Under the pieces are notes generated by a model. It saw nothing but the letters and a program-made list of their open reading frames with translations, searched no databases and was not told where the DNA came from. From the human T2T-CHM13v2.0 reference genome, Homo sapiens: 64,000 nt of DNA. Position numbers and translations under genes: made by a program. Below, in pieces: positions 57,560 through 64,000 of this stretch (the stretch's first letter is position 1; each line of letters opens with the position of its first letter). The stretch lies in NCBI RefSeq assembly GCF_009914755.1, contig NC_060938.1. One strand, 5' to 3'.

Positions 57560-58430
57560 GGCATATCTGGCTCAAAAGCATGTTTATTTGTGTGTTTTTA
57601 AAAGTGTAAATATTGAACCAACATTTTAAAATCAGGAAATTATACTTAAAAAGCATTGATTTCTGGCTTCCGTTTTAAAAATCAAAATTGCGCTTTAAAG
57701 TTAGCGCAATTAAAAAATCATATCACTATGATTTTTAAAAATCAAAAGATGTGATTATAAAAGTTTTTTACAATTTTAAAATAAATAAATAAGATGTGAC
57801 TAACTATGAACTCACATTGCCACATGACAACAGCTAGAGCTGAACAGAGACTGCCCCCTTGAGATCCTGGATGAATTCTCGAACTCACCACAGTACTCAC
57901 CACTTCCCCTCATCTCCTAAGGCTTTAATTGAAAGTCAGTTACTAAATCTATAGAGAAAAAAAAAATAGGTTAATGGTTGCCAAGAGCTGGAGGTGGGCA
58001 GGGAATGAGGTGTTGGGGACTGATGGCCAGTGGGTGTGGGATTTCTTTTTAGGGGTTTGAAATGTTCTAAAGTTAATTGTGGTAATGGCTGAACATCTCT
58101 GTGAATATAGAAAAAGCTGCTGAACTGTACACTTGAAATTGGAGGAGGTATGATAGCAAATTATCTCAATAGAGCTGTTTTTCTAAAATGCAAATATAGT
58201 TGCTATTGCCCTTGCAGTGTTGATTTTCTTATAGTAGAAAATATTTTTCTATAAGTCTATTTCTATCAAAAAGGGGAAAATGAAAAGTTAGACTGAGAGG
58301 GTTGTGAATTTCAAGAGAAATGGTAAAGACTATATCTCTTAGTGGGGGTGAAGAAGTTCTACATGTTAATATGCAAGCACTTGGCCTCTTTACTAATGTA
58401 CATTATTTTCCTGGATACTGAAAGCATCTG
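57560..58430. mobile_element. MER102/Charlie8-like hAT element containing an L1MB 3' fragment (57945-58185, +)
   Basis: tttaaaatcaggaaatt...gatttctggcttc...acagctagagctgaacagagactgccccct...ccacagtactcaccact. The L1MB part reads atggttgccaagagctgg...aaatgttctaaa...ctctgtgaatat...tatctcaat. Confidence 0.5.
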
Positions 58431-59031
58431 GTATTAGACAAGAAAAAATGTGGTCATGCCCCACTCCCTAAGGTCCACCCACAACTAAGAAGAAAGAGAA
58501 AACAAAGGCAGAAAAAGGAAAGGAGTAATCAACATGGTAAAAGGAGAAGCAGAAGAGGCCAGTAGATTGGATGCCAAGGAAGGGGGAAGCTTTATCAACT
58601 GCTGACAAGAGGTCAAGGAGGATGAGGCCAGGGAAGTCAGGAGGTCATGGGAGACCATCCAGTGAGGAGGCTGAGAGAGGTGAAGCCAGAGAGAGATGCA
58701 GAGGCAGCTGACAAAGTGCTCAGAGTGCATTGTTTAGGAGATAGTATTTAATCTCAGGCATGAAGGACTACTGAAGGCATTTTAAGTAGGGGAATGATGT
58801 GATCAGATCGGAACAATCTAGATTATTTGTTTTCACATTAATTTGTGCATATTTTGAATTGTGTGCATAATGAACTGAGGTTACCCCAAATTTTATTCTT
58901 TCTTACACTAAATTCTCTTTCAATCTGATATCCCCAGGCTTGTTGAGACCTTGGTTATTGATTTCCATCTCATTCATTCCTGTTCCTGCTTGAACCAGGA
59001 AATAGATATATATGGTTGGTGTTATCTGACC

Positions 59032-59207
59032 CAGGGGTTCTCAACTTCAGCACTGCTGTATTTTGGGCTGGATAATTCTTTGTTGTAGGATGCTGTCCTA
59101 TGCATTATAAAATGGTTAGCAGCATCACCAGCCTCTACCCTCTAGATGCCAGTAACACTGCGAGTTAGACATTGCCAATAAAATCACCCTCCAGCCAAGA
59201 ACCACTG
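59032..59207 (-). mobile_element. MER20 (hAT-Charlie)
   Basis: caggggttctcaacttcagcact...ttttgggctggataattctttgttgt...ctagatgccagta...agaaccactg. Confidence 0.85.
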
Positions 59208-59529
59208 AACTACATTTGTCTGTTGCAGCATTTGGGCCCAGGTGCTTAAGGCCATGTGCAGTTAGTAGACCACCCTGAAAGGTGTCTGCCCTGGAAAAAA
59301 AAAGACCAATTCCTACTCCACACTGAGGCGTACAAATCAGATGATGTAGTAAGGGGACAACGGATGACACATTCAAGGCCTCATTTTGTTTTAGCTAATT
59401 CAGTGGACTTCAACCTCTATGTAGTCTCCTCATAGAAAAAAGATCGCATCTGGAGGCAACAAGGCACACTAAATGTCCAACTGTGCCCTCCTAAGGTTAG
59501 GATTCCTGTCATGGCCTAGGGCCAAAGTT

Positions 59530-59615
59530 GGTTCAGAGGAGGCCTTGGGCACAGGGCACAGGGGTTCAGAGGAGGCCTCGGGCACAGGGCACAGGGGTTC
59601 AGAGGAGGCCTTGGG
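59530..59615. repeat. 33-bp minisatellite, about 2.6 copies
   Basis: ggttcagaggaggcct(t/c)gggcacagggcacagg starting at 59530, 59563 and 59596. Confidence 0.95.
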
Positions 59616-60411
59616 ATGTGCTGGACATGATAGTGGGAGCTGGCTTCTATGCAGCAGGACTTGTTGGCTTGCCTTCAAGGGGGAAGGAGCAGGTAGGGAA
59701 CAGAAAGGGTTTTCTCATGGTGATATCAAGAAGGGTCAGTAAAGCTTTGGAGATGTAAGATGCAATTTGGAGGAGGCTAGGAACTCAGATAGAGTTTACT
59801 TCAGACCCTCTTCCTTATAGGAAAGTCTTAGAAGGTAAAGGAATGTTTCTCTTGGAATAGGGATGTCTAAAACAGCTTACCTATGAAATGCTGAGATCTT
59901 CTAGATTCCTTTTTTTGCGTTGTGTATACGGGGGGGTGGGAGGACCAGGGAATTTTACATGTATATGCCACCATTTCTATATTGATAGGGAAAATTGAGT
60001 TAAGACTCTTGTCTAGCTAAAAATGTCTAACAACTCTATTAAACTAAGACTATTTCATAACTGGTTCTTATTCTGTGGAGTAGCATTATGCCTTAGATAT
60101 TGAATGGCTAGATTTACTAGTAGCAATGGCTCTGAGCTATCTTGCAATGCAACCTCTTTTTGATATATAACTCTGTTATTATTTGGCCCAGTGGTGGTCA
60201 CTTTCACCAAGGCTGAAGGAAACCCCTGCTGGTTTTTAGTCTCATATTCCTTAACCCCTCTCCTACTTCACTGATTCCTCAAGTTCTGTGGTAATGAACT
60301 GAGCCTCCGAGTACTCTCTGGACTACTGGCAATGAGTAATGTCTGGACTTCATGTGAAATGCCATCTCAAGAAAGGGCATCTGAAAGCGTGCTTTTACCA
60401 TTTCATTTCAG

Positions 60412-60515
60412 GCACTTCTGGATCCAGCTGTGTGATAGCCGCACTAGGAAATACCTGGAGTCACAGTGTGAATACCCGGCTGATCCTCCAGTACCTTGAT
60501 TCAGAGAGAAGACAG
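60412..60515 (+). CDS. RAD51B: RAD51B internal coding exon (exon 9; about c.854-957, aa ~285-319), C-terminal part of the RecA/RAD51-like ATPase domain
   Basis: Acceptor ttttaccatttcatttcAG|GCAC (AG 60410-60411) and donor AGACAG|GTGGGT (GT 60516-60517). The exon is 104 nt, starts in phase 1 and ends in phase 0. Translation (G)TSGSSCVIAALGNTWSHSVNTRLILQYLDSERRQ matches the RAD51B sequence as I recall it. Exon number is from memory. Confidence 0.96.

Positions 60516-64000
<3,485 letters not shown>

Noticed and set aside
56071-59615. Short repeat arrays considered as CRISPR-like
   Set aside because: No unique spacers of regular length and no cas genes; the context is a human intron.

Overview
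Human genomic DNA: primate Alus throughout, one of them carrying AluYa5-lineage diagnostic bases. The only protein-coding sequence I can support is a single 104-bp plus-strand exon at 60412-60515. It translates to GTSGSSCVIAALGNTWSHSVNTRLILQYLDSERRQ, which I recognise from memory as RAD51B (RAD51L1, 14q24.1) exon 9, about aa 285-319. The window is therefore the 3' ~60 kb of RAD51B intron 8, exon 9 and the start of intron 9. The rest is mostly transposon fossils (Alu, L1, L2, MIR, Tigger1, Tigger3b, MER2, MER20, MER33, MER85, MER94, an ERV1-type solo LTR) and unique intronic DNA. Most notable: (1) a recent 546-bp tandem duplication built by Alu-Alu unequal recombination, with a chimeric middle Alu (4596-5994); (2) an antisense Alu with a near-consensus splice donor, preceded by a (TG)11(TA)12T13 tract, a candidate TDP-43-repressed cryptic exon (37040-37219); (3) an intragenic CpG-rich promoter-like element with a duplicated CCAAT unit and a candidate exon whose ATG is in frame with exon 9 (12.45-13.7 kb); (4) an intact MER85 piggyBac MITE. 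I found no tRNA, rRNA, CRISPR or prokaryotic system. All family calls come from remembered consensus sequences, not from database searches.
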